Positions 11,273-25,605 of a stretch of DNA of 64,000 nucleotides are shown here, piece by piece. Both the position numbers and the translations under genes were made by a program. How positions within the stretch are numbered: position 1 is the stretch's first letter; the number at the start of each line of letters is the position of its first letter. A model generated the notes under the pieces. It searched no databases, had not been told where the DNA came from, and saw only the letters and a list, made by a program, of their open reading frames with translations. Source of the stretch: Lama glama (Eukaryota); assembly GCA_028534125.1 (NCBI GenBank), contig CM052817.1:23562001-23626000 (forward strand), in the 5' to 3' direction.

Positions 11273-11944
11273 ATAAGAGAATGTTGATTTATAGGAAACA
11301 AATGAAGAAAAAAATTTAAAACAGTTATTTTTACCTCTTCCCCATATATCTAATCTCTGGTTTAAAAATATAAGTAAAAGGTTTTGCTTTAAATACTAGA
11401 AACAAAAATAATAATGATTAAACACAGGTTTTACATTTTAAGTTGAAACTTTTAATGTCACCAGATAGTGAAAGGCTTCTCAAAAGATCTAAAGTATTGC
11501 CTAAAGATAAAAGCATACTCAGAAGAATTAAACATATGCATATTGACTGAACTCCATGAGAGTTATCATATGGAATTAAGATAATTATCTTGTAAACTCA
11601 TTATACATTTCTAATTATTTTGACAAATTCTGGGAGTGTTAGACCAATATCAAAAGGCACAGGATGTGGAGAAATCTTCATAAATAGAAATGACTGATTA
11701 ATTAAAAATGTTGAAATAAAAATAGAAATGATACGCATATAATGAAAAAATGAGGAAATGTCAGATCACTTAAAAGGTAAAAATGGTGCTTAAAAGAACA
11801 CATTTCTACAGTATTATGTATGCACTTAGCATAAAGAAAATGTATGAGAAACAGTATCATTGTCCTAACAATGGCTAATTAGCAATTTATGATTGAACAT
11901 ATCTCAATTATCTCATTTAATTTTCATATCAACACTATGAAGCT

Positions 11945-14900
11945 GCTCATTACAAAATGATCATCACGAGGAATCTATTTACCATCTTCTCCATACAAAA
12001 TTATTATATTATTAACTGTATTCCCTGAACTGGGATGTACATTACATCCCAATAACATTTATTTTATAACTGGAAGTTTGTACTGCTTAATCTTCTTCAC
12101 CTATTTCATTCATCCCCCCATCATCCTCCCCTCTGGCAACCAATACTTTGTTCTCTGTGTATATAATTCTGTTTCATTATGTCTGTTCTTTTGTTTTGTT
12201 TTTTAGATTCTACATGTAAGTGAAATCATATAGTATTTGTCTTTCTCTGACTTATTTCACTTAGCATAATACCCTATAGATCCATCCATGTTATAGCAAA
12301 TGGCAAGATTTCATTCTTTTCTTATGACTAATAGTCCATTGTGTGTATACACACCACATATTCTTTAGGTATTCAGCTATTAATGGGACCTTACCTGCTT
12401 CCATATCTTAGCTATTGTAAATAATGTTGCAATGAACACAGGGGTGCCATATCTTATAGAATTAGTGTTTTTGTTTTCTTCATAAAAATACATAGAAGTA
12501 GAATTGCTGGATCATATGGTGTGTTTCTTTTTTTGTTTTTTTTTACTTAATTTTTTGAGGAACTTCTGTACTCTGGAACAATTTACATTCCCACTGACAT
12601 TGTGCTAGAGTTCTCATTCTCCAAGTTCTGGCCAGCACTTGTTATTTGTTGTCTTCTTGATGTGTTTCCCTGATGATTGGTGATGTTAAGCATTTTTTCA
12701 TGTTTATATGTCTTCTTTGGAAAAAAAAAAGTCTATTCAAGTCCTCTGTCTGTTTTCTAACCACTTATTTTTTTTAATGTTGAGTTGTATGAGTTCTTTG
12801 TATATTTTGGCTATTAAGCCCTCATCAGATACATCATTTGAAAATATCTTCTCCTATTCAGTAGGCAGCCTTTTCCTTTGTTGATAGCTTCCTTTGCTGT
12901 GCAAAAGCTTTTTAGTTTGAAGTAGTTCAATTTGTTTATCTTTGCTTTTGTTTCCCTTGCCTGAGGAGACAGGTCCAAAAAAAATATATTGCTAAGACCA
13001 ATGTCAAAGAGCATGCTGCTTATTTTCTATGTTTTCTTCTAGGAGTTTTATGGTTTCTGGTCTTACATTTAAGTATCTAAATCATTTTTAGTTTATTTTT
13101 GTACATGGTATGAGAAAGTCATCCAGTTTGATTCACTTTTCAGGTAGCTGTCCAGTTTTCCCAACATCTTTTATTGAAAATGCTCTTTCCCCCCATTGTA
13201 TTTTTTGGCATCATTTGTCATTTAATAATTGACCATGTAAGCATGGGTTTATTTCTGGCTCTATTCTGTTCCATTGGTCTATGTGTCTGTTTTTGTGCCA
13301 GTACTATACTGTTTTGATTACTGTAGCTTTGTAGTATAATTTGAAATCAAGGGCATGATACCTACAGCTTTGTTTTTTCTTAAGACTGATTGGTTATTTG
13401 GGGTCTTTTATGTGTCCATACAAGTTTTAGAATTATTTGTTCTAGTTCTGTGAACAATGTTATTGGTATTTTGATAAGGATTTCATTGAATCTGTAGATT
13501 GTCTTGGGCAGTATGATTATTTTAACAATATAAATGATTTCAATTCTTGAGCATGGTATATCTTTCCATCTGTGTTGTCACCTTCAGTTTCGTTCAATGT
13601 CTTTTAGTTTTCGGGGTATGGATTTTTTCCCTTTGGTTAGATTTATTTAGGTATTTTTTTATTTACCCTTTGATTTCTTTGCTGACCCTTTTGTGGCTTA
13701 GTAACATGTTGTTTAGCCTCCACGTGTTTGTGTTTTTGTAATTTCTTGTAGTTGATTTCTAGTCTCATAGAATTATGTTTGGAAAGATGTTTGACACCAT
13801 TTCAATCTTAAATTTACTGAGACTTCTTTTGTGGCCTAGCATGTGATCTATCCTGGAGAATGTTCCATATGTAATTGAAAAGAATGTGTATTCTGTTTTG
13901 TATGAAATGTTCTATACATACCTATTAAGTTCTACTGGTCTAAAATGTCACGTAAGATCAGTGTTTCCTTATTGATCTTCTGTCTGGATGATCTGTCCAC
14001 TGATGTAAGTGGGGTGCTAAGGTCTTACTCTTCTTGTGTTATTGTCAATTTCACCACTTATGTCTGTTAATATTTGCTTTATGTATTTGTGTGCTACTAT
14101 GTTAGGTGTATATACATTTACAACTGTTATATATTCTTCTTGGATTGATCCCTTGGTCATTATGTAGTGTCTTTTTTTTTTTTTTTTGTCTCTTGTAACA
14201 GTATTTATTTTAAAGTTTATTTTGTCTGGTATAAGTATTACTACCCTTGTTTTCTTTTGATTTCCATTTTCATGGAATATCTTTTTCCATACCCTAGCTT
14301 TCAGTATGGATGTGTCTTCAGATCTAAAGTGAGTCTCTTGCAGGATGAATATATATCATTTTTGTTCCTTTGTTCTTTTTCTCTCTTCCCTTGTGATTTG
14401 ATGACTATTTTTGGTATTATGTTTGGATCCCTTTCTCTCCGTTGTGTGTGTACTTATTATGAATTTTATGTTTTATATTTATATATGATTAGTTTAAATT
14501 GATAATCTCTTAGGTCCAAACACATACTAACAACCCACTTTTTCCTTCTGCTCCCTACTGTTAAATGTTTTTACATTATAATTTTACTGTTTTTTTGGTT
14601 TTGTGTACTTCTTAACTATTTGTTGTTGTGTATGTGAATGATCTTACAACATTTATCTTTTAACCTTCTTTTAGCTTTATAAGTGATTGATCTATTACCT
14701 TTACTGTGTGTTTACCTTTATCAATGAGATTTTCCCTGTCAAATTTTCATATTTGTGTTGTGATCTTGTCTTTTCCATTTAGAAGTCTCTTAAATATTTC
14801 TTGTAAATCCAGTTTGGCAATTCTGAGTTCTTTTCATTTTTGCTTGTCTGTAAAGTTTTTTATATCTTCTTCAAATCTTAATGATAGCCTTGCCAGGTAA

Positions 14901-16045
14901 AGTACTCTTGATTGTAAGTTTTTCCTTTCATCACTTTTAATGCATTATGCCACTCCTTTCTAGAGAGTTTCTGCTTAAAAGTCAGCTCATTGTCTTATGG
15001 GAGTTCCCTTGTACATAACTAGTTGCTTTTCTCCTGCTGCTTTAAAAATTCTCTATCTTTAATTTTTGCCATTTAAATTATAATGTGTCTTTTTGTGGAT
15101 GTCTTTGGGTGATCTTGTTTGAGACTCTCTGTGCTTCACAGACCTGGATTCTTTTTTCTTTCCCAGGTTAATGAGGTTTTCAACTATTACTTTTAAAATA
15201 ATTTTTCTGCCCCTTCATCTCTCACTCTTTCTTTTGGGACCTCAATAATGTAAATTTTAGTATACTTGATAGTTGTCCCAGAGTTGTCTTAAACTATTCT
15301 CATTTTTAAAATTCATTTTTCCTTTTTCTTTACAGCTTGGGTGATTTCTTACTATCTTCCAGTTCCCTGATCTGTTCCTCTGTATCATCTAATCTACTGT
15401 TGATTCCTTCTTATATATTTTTAATTTCAGTTTTGTATCCTTCAGCTCTGTTTGGGTATTCTTTCTACTTTCTAACTCTTTGTTAAAATTGTCACTGTGT
15501 TCATTTATTCTTCTCCAAAGTTCATTGAGAATCTTTATGATTATTACCTGAAACTCTTTATCTGGTAAATTGCTTATCTCCACTTTGCTAAATTCTTCTG
15601 TAGTTTTGTCCTGCGCCTTCATTTGAATCATATTCCTCTGTCTCCTCATTTTGCCTACTTCTCTATGTTTATTTCTGTATGTTAGGTAATTCAGTTACAT
15701 ATCCCAATCTTGGAGAAGTGGTCCTATGTAGTGGATGTCCTATGGGGCTCAGGAGCACACTGCCCTCAGATCACCAGAGCTATATGCTTTAGGGTGCCCA
15801 CTGTTCAGGCTGCATGAACTCTTCTGATGTGACAGGGCTGACTATTATAGGCATGCTCATAGGTGAGGCTAGACCCTGGCCATGTTGGCTGCCAGGCCCT
15901 ACCTCATGCAGTAGCTTCTAACCCACTAGTTAGTGGGATGAGGTCCTGGCATGGCTGGCTGTGTGTTCCAGTGAGTCCTGAAGGTGGTGCTAACTGCTGG
16001 TGGGCAGAGCCAGCCCTGCAATGTCTGGCTGCAGGGCCCCAGAAT
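11945..16045 (-). mobile_element. Long older L1 (L1MA9-like 3' UTR) with ORF1 and endonuclease region retained but a large internal ORF2 deletion at ~13657
   Basis: ORF1 N-terminus MRRQRNMIQMK...LPDKEF at 15389-15649 (-), ORF2 C-terminal peptide [10 protein letters not shown] at ~12900, GC-richer 5' UTR-like sequence at 15700-16045. Confidence 0.9.
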
Positions 16046-17439
16046 GTTTTTTATTACTTTGCCTTGGGAGTCATGATTACAGCTTCCAGGATATCTACAG
16101 AAAGACTATGATGTACATAAAAAGCATACACATATGGGTACCAGACAGGTTTGCTTCAAATGGGAAAAAAAACAAAACAAAAACTCTAAACAGACCTTCT
16201 TTAGAGACAAAGGAGTAGTGTGTCACTCTTGGAGAAAATTGAGATTGTGTGATAACCCCATGTTTAACTCTGTCATACCAGATATTCATTTTGCTTAGAC
16301 ACAAGGTTATTCCTTCAACCCTATGTGGTCCAGAAGGAAGTCATTAGGCAGATTTGCTTCAACATTGGGTGCCCAGCTAGAAAGCATTCCACAAGGCCTT
16401 GCCCAATGGTGTAGCAGAAAAAGAGCCACAGTAATTTTTTACTGAATTTATTATTACTTCTAGCAAGTTTGCTACATTTTTTAAGTCTCCATGGAAATGT
16501 CTTTGAGAGCTGAGTTCTAAGGTGAGAGGCATGCAAATATAGGTAACAAAGCCTAAAAGTGATGCAAGTACAAGTTCTCTTTATATCACTAAAGACTTTG
16601 TAGCAATAAATCCAGAAGCTTAAAGCAAATGAAAGTTGTAAATAAGACTTTTCTCAAAGCTCACAATTTGACCCCTCAGCAGTCATATTTGGAAACTTGG
16701 GACAATTGTGACATCCCATTAAGTCTCAAAAGGAATTTTTCATCAGAAATTTTGCCAATCCAATTAGAAAAAAAATGTGTGTGCTAGTGTTTTGGTCTAT
16801 ATAAATGTAGATGCATGTCTGTTTGTGTGTGTTTCTGTATATACTAGCTAGGCTAGGACCTGACATCTTTAGAGAAATGAATAAAATTCAATGTGACCAA
16901 AACACATCATGCACTTCAGAAAATGATGTAATGAACATATTTTCACTAGATGTCCAAAAATATTAGTTTGAAATCACTTTGATTGAGATTATATATCTTA
17001 AATTTTCATAATATCTAGTTTTAGCATGTCTTTTTAATTTAAGAAGTTTGGAGAGCATCCAGAGCAGAGAAGTTTAAATAAAGAAGTCGACACAATATCT
17101 TAAGTGAAAAAGTTAGAGGAGCTAAATTTATAGAACTTAGCAAGAAAAAAAATTTATAAATATTTGAAAGGTGTGAAGAGGAAGAAGTAAAAGCAGTTAT
17201 TTAGCATAACTCACAGGAATATGATATAATAGAATAGAATAATATCAAAAAGAAAAACTCCTTTTATGTTACCCTCAAAATATCATAATTTCATTTAAAA
17301 AAAGAGTAAATAAAGCATAATTTCCACTTTTGTAGCTTTGATTCCATTAATATAATTAATGAAATCTTATATTGACTTGTAAGATAGTGTGCATTTGACA
17401 ATGCCAATTATGGTAACAACAACAACAAGAATTGTTAAT

Positions 17440-17545
17440 ACAATCTGCATGCACTATCTAACTCATTTAATTTTTACAATAATTCTGTGAGACCCTATTA
17501 TGGTTTTACAGATGAGGAAACTGAGGTAAAGAGAAGTAAAGGAGA
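17440..17545 (-). mobile_element. MIR SINE fragment
   Basis: Core motif ttttacagatgaggaaactgagg. Confidence 0.8.
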
Positions 17546-18046
17546 ATGATAAAGCCTAATCATTTATATTTTTGTATTATTAAATATATTTAATATTAGA
17601 TAAAATACTCTAGTATTAATAATCTAATAATTCACATCAAACATAAATTGTCAGTAATGCAATGAGTGATCACTGGTTTGGCTACTATTAAAAATGTAAC
17701 AAGGTAATTGAAATGCACAATTATTCAAAATAAATATTCTAATTTACCAGATTTGTCTGTAACTAGATTATGTTTATATGTTCATATATAATTGGTTGTA
17801 TAGCTCACACAAGAAAACACATGACAATTGGAAGCCCCCTACTGTTATTCTTTTAAGCATCCTTATATTTGGATTGTATCATTAATTATAATAGTCAACA
17901 ATAATTTATTACTACATATATTCAGAATAAGAACCATTCTAAGCCCTTATATCTTGGGGATATAACCAAGAGCAAGAATATTAAGGTCACTGTTCTTATG
18001 GAATATACCTCTAGATGGGAAGAAAAAATATAATAAACAAACATAC

Positions 18047-18565
18047 TGCATAATCAGGGTTCTTCAGAGAAACCAGTAAGATAGATAACAAATTAGATGG
18101 ATAGATGATAGATAGATAGATAGATAGATAGACAGATAGATAGATAGATAAAGAGATCTATTGCAAGGAACAGTTCATGCAATTATGGAGGCTGGCAAGT
18201 GCAGGGTGGGCTGTAGCCTGGAGACTCAAGAGGAACCAATGATGCAGTTCCAGGTCAAAGGCCATGAGGCTAGAAGACCAGGGAGAGCTGATGTTTCAAT
18301 TCAAGTCTGAAAGCCATCCACTGGAGAGTTTCTCTTGCTGGGGTTAGGGAAGATCAGCCTTTTAAAAAAAAAAATCAGGCCTTCTACTGATTGGACAAGG
18401 CCCACCCACATTATAGAAGGTAAACTGCTTTACTCAAAGTCCTCTGATTTAAAGGTTAATCTCATTCAAATACATCCACAAAGAAACACCCAGAAAAATA
18501 TTTAACCAAATATCTAGTCACCCTCCATGACCCAGCAAAGTTGACACATAAATTTAACATGTTAC
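18047..18565 (-). mobile_element. MLT2 (ERVL) solo LTR containing a (GATA)n microsatellite (18099-18149), inserted in an L2 remnant
   Basis: cagggttcttcagagaaac...ttatggaggctggcaagt...gcccacccacattat...aagttgacacataaa. Confidence 0.88.
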
Positions 18566-21099
18566 AGTAATGTGATGGAGAGCTGTAGGATTTGAATGGT
18601 CAGAAAGTCCTCTCTTGGGAGGTAATGTTTAAGATGAGATCTGGATGGCAAGAAGTAAACACCTGTGGTACAGTCTATGGACAGAAAAACAACTCTGCAA
18701 AGGAAACCAATGTCGAGTCAAAGAACAAAACAAAGGCTCGTGCGATCAGAGCACTGGGGAAAGAGGACAAGGAATGGTACTAAATAGGAAGAGAGAAAGT
18801 CACACAGGCTGCGGTCTGCAACTTAAACTTAATGTTGAATGGGATGGAAAGCTTCTATGTGGTTCCAAATGATGCACAGCCGATAAATCCATGAAATCAG
18901 CATTGGCCTCAGCAGAATTCTCCCTCACGAGCTATTTATATTGTCTGAAATGATGTTCCTCTACATGCAATCAGTAACTAGAAGCTCACAGACATTCACT
19001 GAGTACCTAATATATACCAATGACTAACCATTGGGGAATCAAAGAATAATGACACATCATCCCTACTCTCAGTACATTTCAATCCCAGGAATGGAGAATA
19101 ATGCAGAAACATAATTTTACCTTATACTTATTCCCTGTACAGAAATTCTCTTGTGGTACAACAGCTTTCTCACTGATGCATGGGATTACTAATTCTGGAG
19201 AACTGTTGGTGAATTTACAGATGCAGACAAAACCAAAGATAGAATTATTAACAACTTCAACATATTTTTTTGCATTTATTGATGAGAACTGGAGTGCACG
19301 GTGTATGGTAATGAATTTTAATTTCAGACTACCTATGAATATTAGAATAGGACAAGAGAATGTTTTCTCTACCAGCGTAATTTAAATTAAAACACACCCA
19401 TAATGAGCTAAGCTAAACTACAACTGCCTGAAACCTTAAGTAACATATTCTGGCTTTAAATCAAACAGAGGCTTGCTCTCAATTAAAATAAAGTCTCAGT
19501 GTAATAAATGTTGTGTTAATAAGTAGAGACTCAAGTGGTTTAAAACCCTATTTTAGAGACATCGTTCTCTATAAAAAATAATCTCTCCAAATAACAGATA
19601 AATAGGTAGAGCTATAGATATGAACACTTTTACTGACCTCGATAAAGTACTATCAATGCTGCTTCTTTGTTTGCGATGGCCAGACCAGCATTTTCCTATT
19701 TCTGTGTATTACACATCTAAATTCCAAATCACCACAGGAGCAGGGCTCTAGCTTCACATTCATAACATATCCTGAATATTCATATAAATTGCCTCCGAAA
19801 ATGCTCTCATTAAAAAAGACCTGAGTAATAGTCCTTGGAAAGCACTTTAAAAATATGAACCTTTGTGTAAATGCTAAGTAGCATTTTTATTAGTGTTAAA
19901 CATTAAACAATAGCAGAGGGAGTAATAAATTTAGATTTACGGCATGGCCAAGGAAGAAAAATATTTTCATGAGGAGCATCAAAGGACAGTAAAAGGAGCT
20001 TCAAGAAAGCAAAACTGCACGATGCTAAGGCACAGGAAAAGAGAGTCTCAAAGAACATGCCAGTCTGTATTGCAAGAATCTAGTCCGGTATAAAACATTA
20101 ATGCCAATAGTAATGATTAGAGTAATGAGGGTCAAGAGGAAAGGCATTGAAGCTGTTTGAAAATGGAGCCCAATAAAGCATAACCCTCAATTAGATCGTT
20201 AGCCACCCAGTTTTGATAAGTTTACACCAGTAGTTCAGATTTCTTCCAGCAGACAAGGAAACATGAAGCAATTTGACTCACTTCACCATCTTGTAGTACG
20301 AAAGAACCTTGGAATTTTCTCATCCAGATGGATTAAGGTTCCCACTCTGCCATCCCTGACTCAGTTAGCAAAAATGCCCTCTTTTGGATGATTATTTAGA
20401 TGGAGAGTGATTTCTGGCAGCTCTCACTTTGTTCCTGGACAATGACTCACTGGTGAAGGCCAGTTCTTTCACCAATTCCAACTGGAGGAAGACCCTCCAC
20501 TTGCCATTGCTTTGGTGCTAAAATATAACACTGGAGTCAGGACTTCTGGCTCCTACTGCACCTCTGCAGGTGCAGGGACTGGACCTAATGGAATAGAGCC
20601 TGCTCAGGTCATTCAAGGAGGGAGGAAGGATAGTTCAGTCCTCACAGCCATGCATGACCATTGTCTGTGCTCTCAGAAATACTGCCTTTTAAAAACCAAG
20701 TACATGGGGCCATATCATCAGAGCCAAGTTCACTGTAGGGAAACTTACTAAGGTCAAGTTAAGGTACCCTCCGGCTCATGATGATTACCAATTATGCTTG
20801 TGTTTTTCACAATGCAGCTCTGTGCAGGAGCGAGCACAAGTGGTAATCATCATCTGTGTTGCTTTTTAAAAACTTTAGGATATAAATATTAATTAGCTTT
20901 ACATTTTGTTCGGTCAAGTGTAAAGTTAAAAATTTAAGGCTAACCACACACACACCCCAAATGCACACAAAACCAGTGCAAGTTGGATGATCCATTCCAT
21001 CCTGAAGATAAAAATAAATTTGAATTAGAACTATTTCAAAAAATCCAATGAAGTTAAGATAAAGCAGCAAATCTGAATATATTAAGAATAGCAATATAA

Positions 21100-21950
21100 A
21101 GAATAATAAATGCAAAATGGTCAACTCGATCAGATTTTTAAAAAGAACCAAATATGTGTAAATGTGTAAAATGTGTAAAAAAGAACTGCAAAATTATCAA
21201 ACTGAATAAAACCAAATTCAATTAAATAGTGTTTACAAAAGACATAGAAAAGACATAAGAAAGCATAGTAATTGGAAGCAAAAGAAAGAAAAAAGCTACT
21301 CCAAGCAAATACTAAATAAAAGGAAGAAAGCCTGAAGTTACAGACCTATTGACAAAATGGACTAAAGATAAAGAAGAAAGGATTAAGATGGTCAATGAAC
21401 AACAGAGTTTACTAGCAATTCAATCATATGAACTAAGAACAAAGTATCACAATTTATAAAGCAAAATATTGAAAGATTACTATAATAGACAAAATTCCAA
21501 CAAATTTAATCAATGCAGTCCATTTATACTCTAATTAGAATTTACAAAAGTGTTCAGCAATTTAAATGAACAATATGAAACTATAAAACTCAGCTGCACT
21601 TCTAACATATTAGCAAGAAATAGTTAATAAAATATTCTTAGATATATCAACAAAAAATGTGAAGCACTAAGAAATAAAACTAGCAAAATATGTATAAAGA
21701 CCTCCCTAAGAGGATAATACAAAATGAAATTGAAAAATGTAAAAATAAGCAAAGAAATGTAGAGACACATTGCTTTTATATAGGAAAATTTTCAACATCA
21801 AAGGATGTCTATTCTCCATAAATTCAAAGTTGTCCCATCAAAATCACAGAAAAATCATCTGTGTAACATGAAAGTCTGATATCAGTTATCTACATAAAAA
21901 AGGAAAGATCCAAAATGCTTTAAACTATTATCGTAATTTAATCAAAGATG
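21100..21950 (+). mobile_element. Highly decayed ancient L1 ORF2 fragments (continuing at ~23390-23785 and ~25620-26200)
   Basis: A-rich sequence with L1-like blocks (aaggatgtctattctccataaattcaa...cccatcaaaatc; caataaatgacactgggaaaact). Confidence 0.55.
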
Positions 21951-21972
21951 TGTCTTCTAAAATACATGCTTC

Positions 21973-23015
21973 TTTTTTTTACTTTAACATTTTTATTGAG
22001 TTATAGTCATTTTACAATGTTGTGTCAAATTCCAGTGTAGAGCACAGTTCTTCAGATATACATGAACATATATATATTCATTATCAAATTTTTTTCACTG
22101 TGAGCTACCATAAGATTTTGTATATATCCATGTGCTATAAGTATACTCTCGTTTATCTATTCTACATTTCAAAATCCCAGTCTGTCCCTTCCCACCCCTC
22201 ACCCCCTTGGCAACCACAAGTTTGTATTCTATGTCTGTGAGTCTATTTCTGTTTCATATTTATGCTTTGTTTTGTTTATTTTTTTAGATTCCACATATAA
22301 GTGATCTCATATGGTATTTTTCTTTCTCTTTTTGGCTTACTTCACTTAGAATGNNNNNNNNNNNNNNNNNNNNNNNNNNNNNNNNNNNNNNNNNNNNNNN
22401 NNNNNNNNNNNNNNNNNNNNNNNNNNNNNNNNNNNNNNNNNNNNNNNNNNNNNGGTTCCTTCTGGATATATGCCCAGGAGCGGGATTCCTGGGTCATATG
22501 GTAAGTCTATTCCTAGTCTTTTGAGGAATCTCCATACTGTTTTCCACAGTGGCTGCACCAAACTGCATTCCCACCAGCAGTGTAGGAGGGTTCCCTTTCC
22601 TCCACAGCCTCTCTAGCATTTGTCATTTGTGGACTTTTGAATGTTGGCCATTCTGACTGGTGTGAGGTGATACCTCATTGTAGGTTTTGATTTGCATTTC
22701 TCTGATAATTAGTGATACTGAGCAGTTTTTCATGTGCCTATTGATCATTTGTATGTCTTCCTTGGAGAACTGCTTGTTTAGGTCTTTTGCCCATTTTTGG
22801 ATGGGGTTGTTTGTTTCTTTCTTGTTAAGTCATATAAGCTGCTTATATATTCTGGAGATCAAGCCTTTGTTGATTTCATTTGCAAAAATTTTCTCCCATT
22901 GTATAGGTTGTCGTTTTGTTTTACTTATGGTTTCCTTTGCTGTGCAGAAGCTTGTAAGTTTAATTAGGTCCCATTTGTTTATTCTTGCTTTTATTTCTAT
23001 TCCTTGGGAAGACTG
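21973..23015 (-). mobile_element. Young 5'-truncated camelid-type L1 (contains a 100-N gap at 22354-22453)
   Basis: PolyT start, 3' UTR, ORF2 peptide [23 protein letters not shown]. Imperfect 16-bp TSD ctaaaatacatgcttc / ctaaaacatatacttc. Confidence 0.93.
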
Positions 23016-24199
23016 CTAAAACATATACTTCTTGGTAATTTTTGAGGTTTCTTTGCATATAATTATATAAGCTATTTTTGTAAAAGCACTACATATTTTA
23101 AAAGCATAGATGTTTTCTCTCTGCATTATAACTTATTGATCATTTAAATAAAGCTTTTTATGACAAATCAGCTGTTGTTCTAAGAATGGAGTCATTTCCA
23201 GACACACTGGGCCCAGGGAAAGATGAACAATGCAGTTTGTAAGCAACAAAACTACTCGAGACAAATTATTCTTAAATCCATTTGTGGAGCTCTCAGTCAG
23301 GCAATTTTGAAAAAGAATAAATGAGAAAAATCTGTCTAACAAAATATCAAGATTCAGTCCAAAGTTAAATAAATAAGAACTAATTTTAGAACAATTATGC
23401 ACAGTGGAATGGCCACTGGAATTAAAAACAGAATGGCCAATAGAATTAAACAGAAACTCTAGAGACGTATCTAAATATAGATGTTTTATATATGTCAATG
23501 ATGGCATTGCAAATCAGGATAAAATTTGGGCTCATCAATAAATGACACTGGGAAAACTAGTATCCCATATTAAAATGAAAAAAAAAAAGTTACTTCCTCA
23601 TACAAGATTTGAAATCCATTTCATGGGAGCAATGACCTAAATGTTTTAGAGGAAAAAAAAAAGGAGTCTATAAAACTTTTTTTAGAACAAAACATTGAAG
23701 TATCTCTTACTAATAACTGAGTAAGGGAAAATGTGTTAATTTGACACAGAAAGCACAAAAGACAAGATAAAGGACTGATAAATACATTTCTGCTGTTTAT
23801 CTCCTCCCCATAGCAACTTTCCCTTCAGTTCTTCAAACTCACATTCACATCCTAGCCTCTGGATGTGCTGATCTCGTGGCCTGGAATGTCCATCTAAACC
23901 CTGCTTCCAGGTTTTACCTCGATTAACTCCAACTCATCCTTCATATGTTGGCTCAAATGCCCAATTTCCTCAAGGAAGAGAGATTCTAGAGTGAATCTGT
24001 TAGCCAGACAGTTTTCTTTGACATAAAACAATTATAAGAGTGGCATATTGTCACCTTTGTAATATCTCATTAGTTAGAAGCAAGTCACAGGCACCTCTCC
24101 TATTTCAGGGGAAATCTGCCCACCAGGGAGTTTTTTAAATTCCTGGCTTTCAGAATAATCTTTCATGTATGGTGCATTTTGTGCTAAAGTTCTTCATCA

Positions 24200-24460
24200 T
24201 ATTTACTATTTACAATAAATACGAGAATGATAAGATACCAGTATTCAGGTAGTACTGTTCTCATACTTCATCTAATGCATCTTTTGAACCACGTAGTGAG
24301 ATAAGCAGTAGCAGCAGCCCCAGCATAACTATTTCGTGTCTGAGGAAACAGAAGCCCAGGGAAGAGATCTGCACTCAAGAACACATAATCTGTAAGTAAC
24401 AGAGCTGGAATCTCAGCACTGTTTTTCTGATAATAATCCCAATGCTCCAGCTGACCACTT
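24200..24460 (-). mobile_element. MIR SINE, decayed
   Basis: tgaggaaacagaagcccagggaag...gtaagtaacagagctggaatc. Confidence 0.6.
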
Positions 24461-24939
24461 TGCTTCACTGGGAAGTGCGCTGACAAAGGCTGGCTTCCTC
24501 AAACTCAGCAAGCAGATTTAACTCCAAGAAACAAAGAAAACCATTACTGCTTCCAAAATTTAATGTATCTTTTTACAACTTAATGATGATAGGAAATTAA
24601 TAACACTTTATTCCAGTCATACAGAGAAAAGAGAGTATAATTATCTTCTTAGCCTTTTGTGTACTAGCTTCTTCTATTCCACACACCACCCCACCCCATC
24701 GTTGGCTTGTCTTAGCAAGCTGTGCTGTATCTCTCTTGCACAAGGAATTGAATGAATTCTCCACTCCGCAAAAATGCCACAAAACAATCTCCATGTCCAT
24801 AGCTGACTCAGAACTTAAGGATCCATTTCTCCTCTTTCTATTATGTAATTATGATGTTTAAGGGAGTAGATATCTTTTCTTTCGAAGATTTAAATTACTA
24901 AACAAAACAAATATGTTTTAAGCCACTTAACACAGCCTT

Positions 24940-25115
24940 CTTTTAAAAATGTTTTTAAAATTTTTATTGAAGAATAGTCGGTTTACAATGTTCCATCAAT
25001 TTTTGGTATACAGCATAATGTTTCAGTCATACATATGCATACATATATTTGTTTTCATATTCTTTGTCATTATAGGTTACTACAAGATATTGAATATGGT
25101 TCCCTGTGCTATACG
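24940..25115 (-). mobile_element. Short L1 3' end insertion
   Basis: Perfect 11-bp TSD aacacagcctt at 24929-24939 and 25116-25126; antisense L1 3' UTR. Confidence 0.9.
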
Positions 25116-25469
25116 AACACAGCCTTGTGCACACACACACACACACAAATCACAAATAATGATCTTTGTGTAAATAATTACATTTTACTCAACATGTAAA
25201 AGTATAGGAACTTTTTTATTTGATGTTCAGGGTCAGTCATTTGGCCTTTAATTTCCATAGGGTATTTCCTTTACAGTCACTTGAGATTTCTGGTATTTAT
25301 TCTTCTTTACTTAACATGCTCTGGGTGGAATGGTTGTCATATTATCTTGTGTTGCCTTCAAAAGCTTTACTGGAGCAATAGACAGAAAGGAGATTTATTT
25401 TGGAGAGCTTGGAGAGTGGAGGAGATGAATTTATGGGAAAATAATCTGACTTTATGGGAATGTTTTGGC

Positions 25470-25605
25470 AACTTTTAATTTATCTTAAACTGAGTATTAT
25501 TATCCAGATTTAGTATCAGAATAATTAATGGTATCAACTGTTCATAATATTCAGCTAATAAATGTAATGACTTATAAGCCACAGAGGAGTAAAATCTAAC
25601 ATGTT
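25470..25605 (+). repeat. 136-bp direct duplication, copy 1
   Basis: Ungapped manual alignment to 27406-27541 gives about 16 mismatches in 136 bp. Confidence 0.9.
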
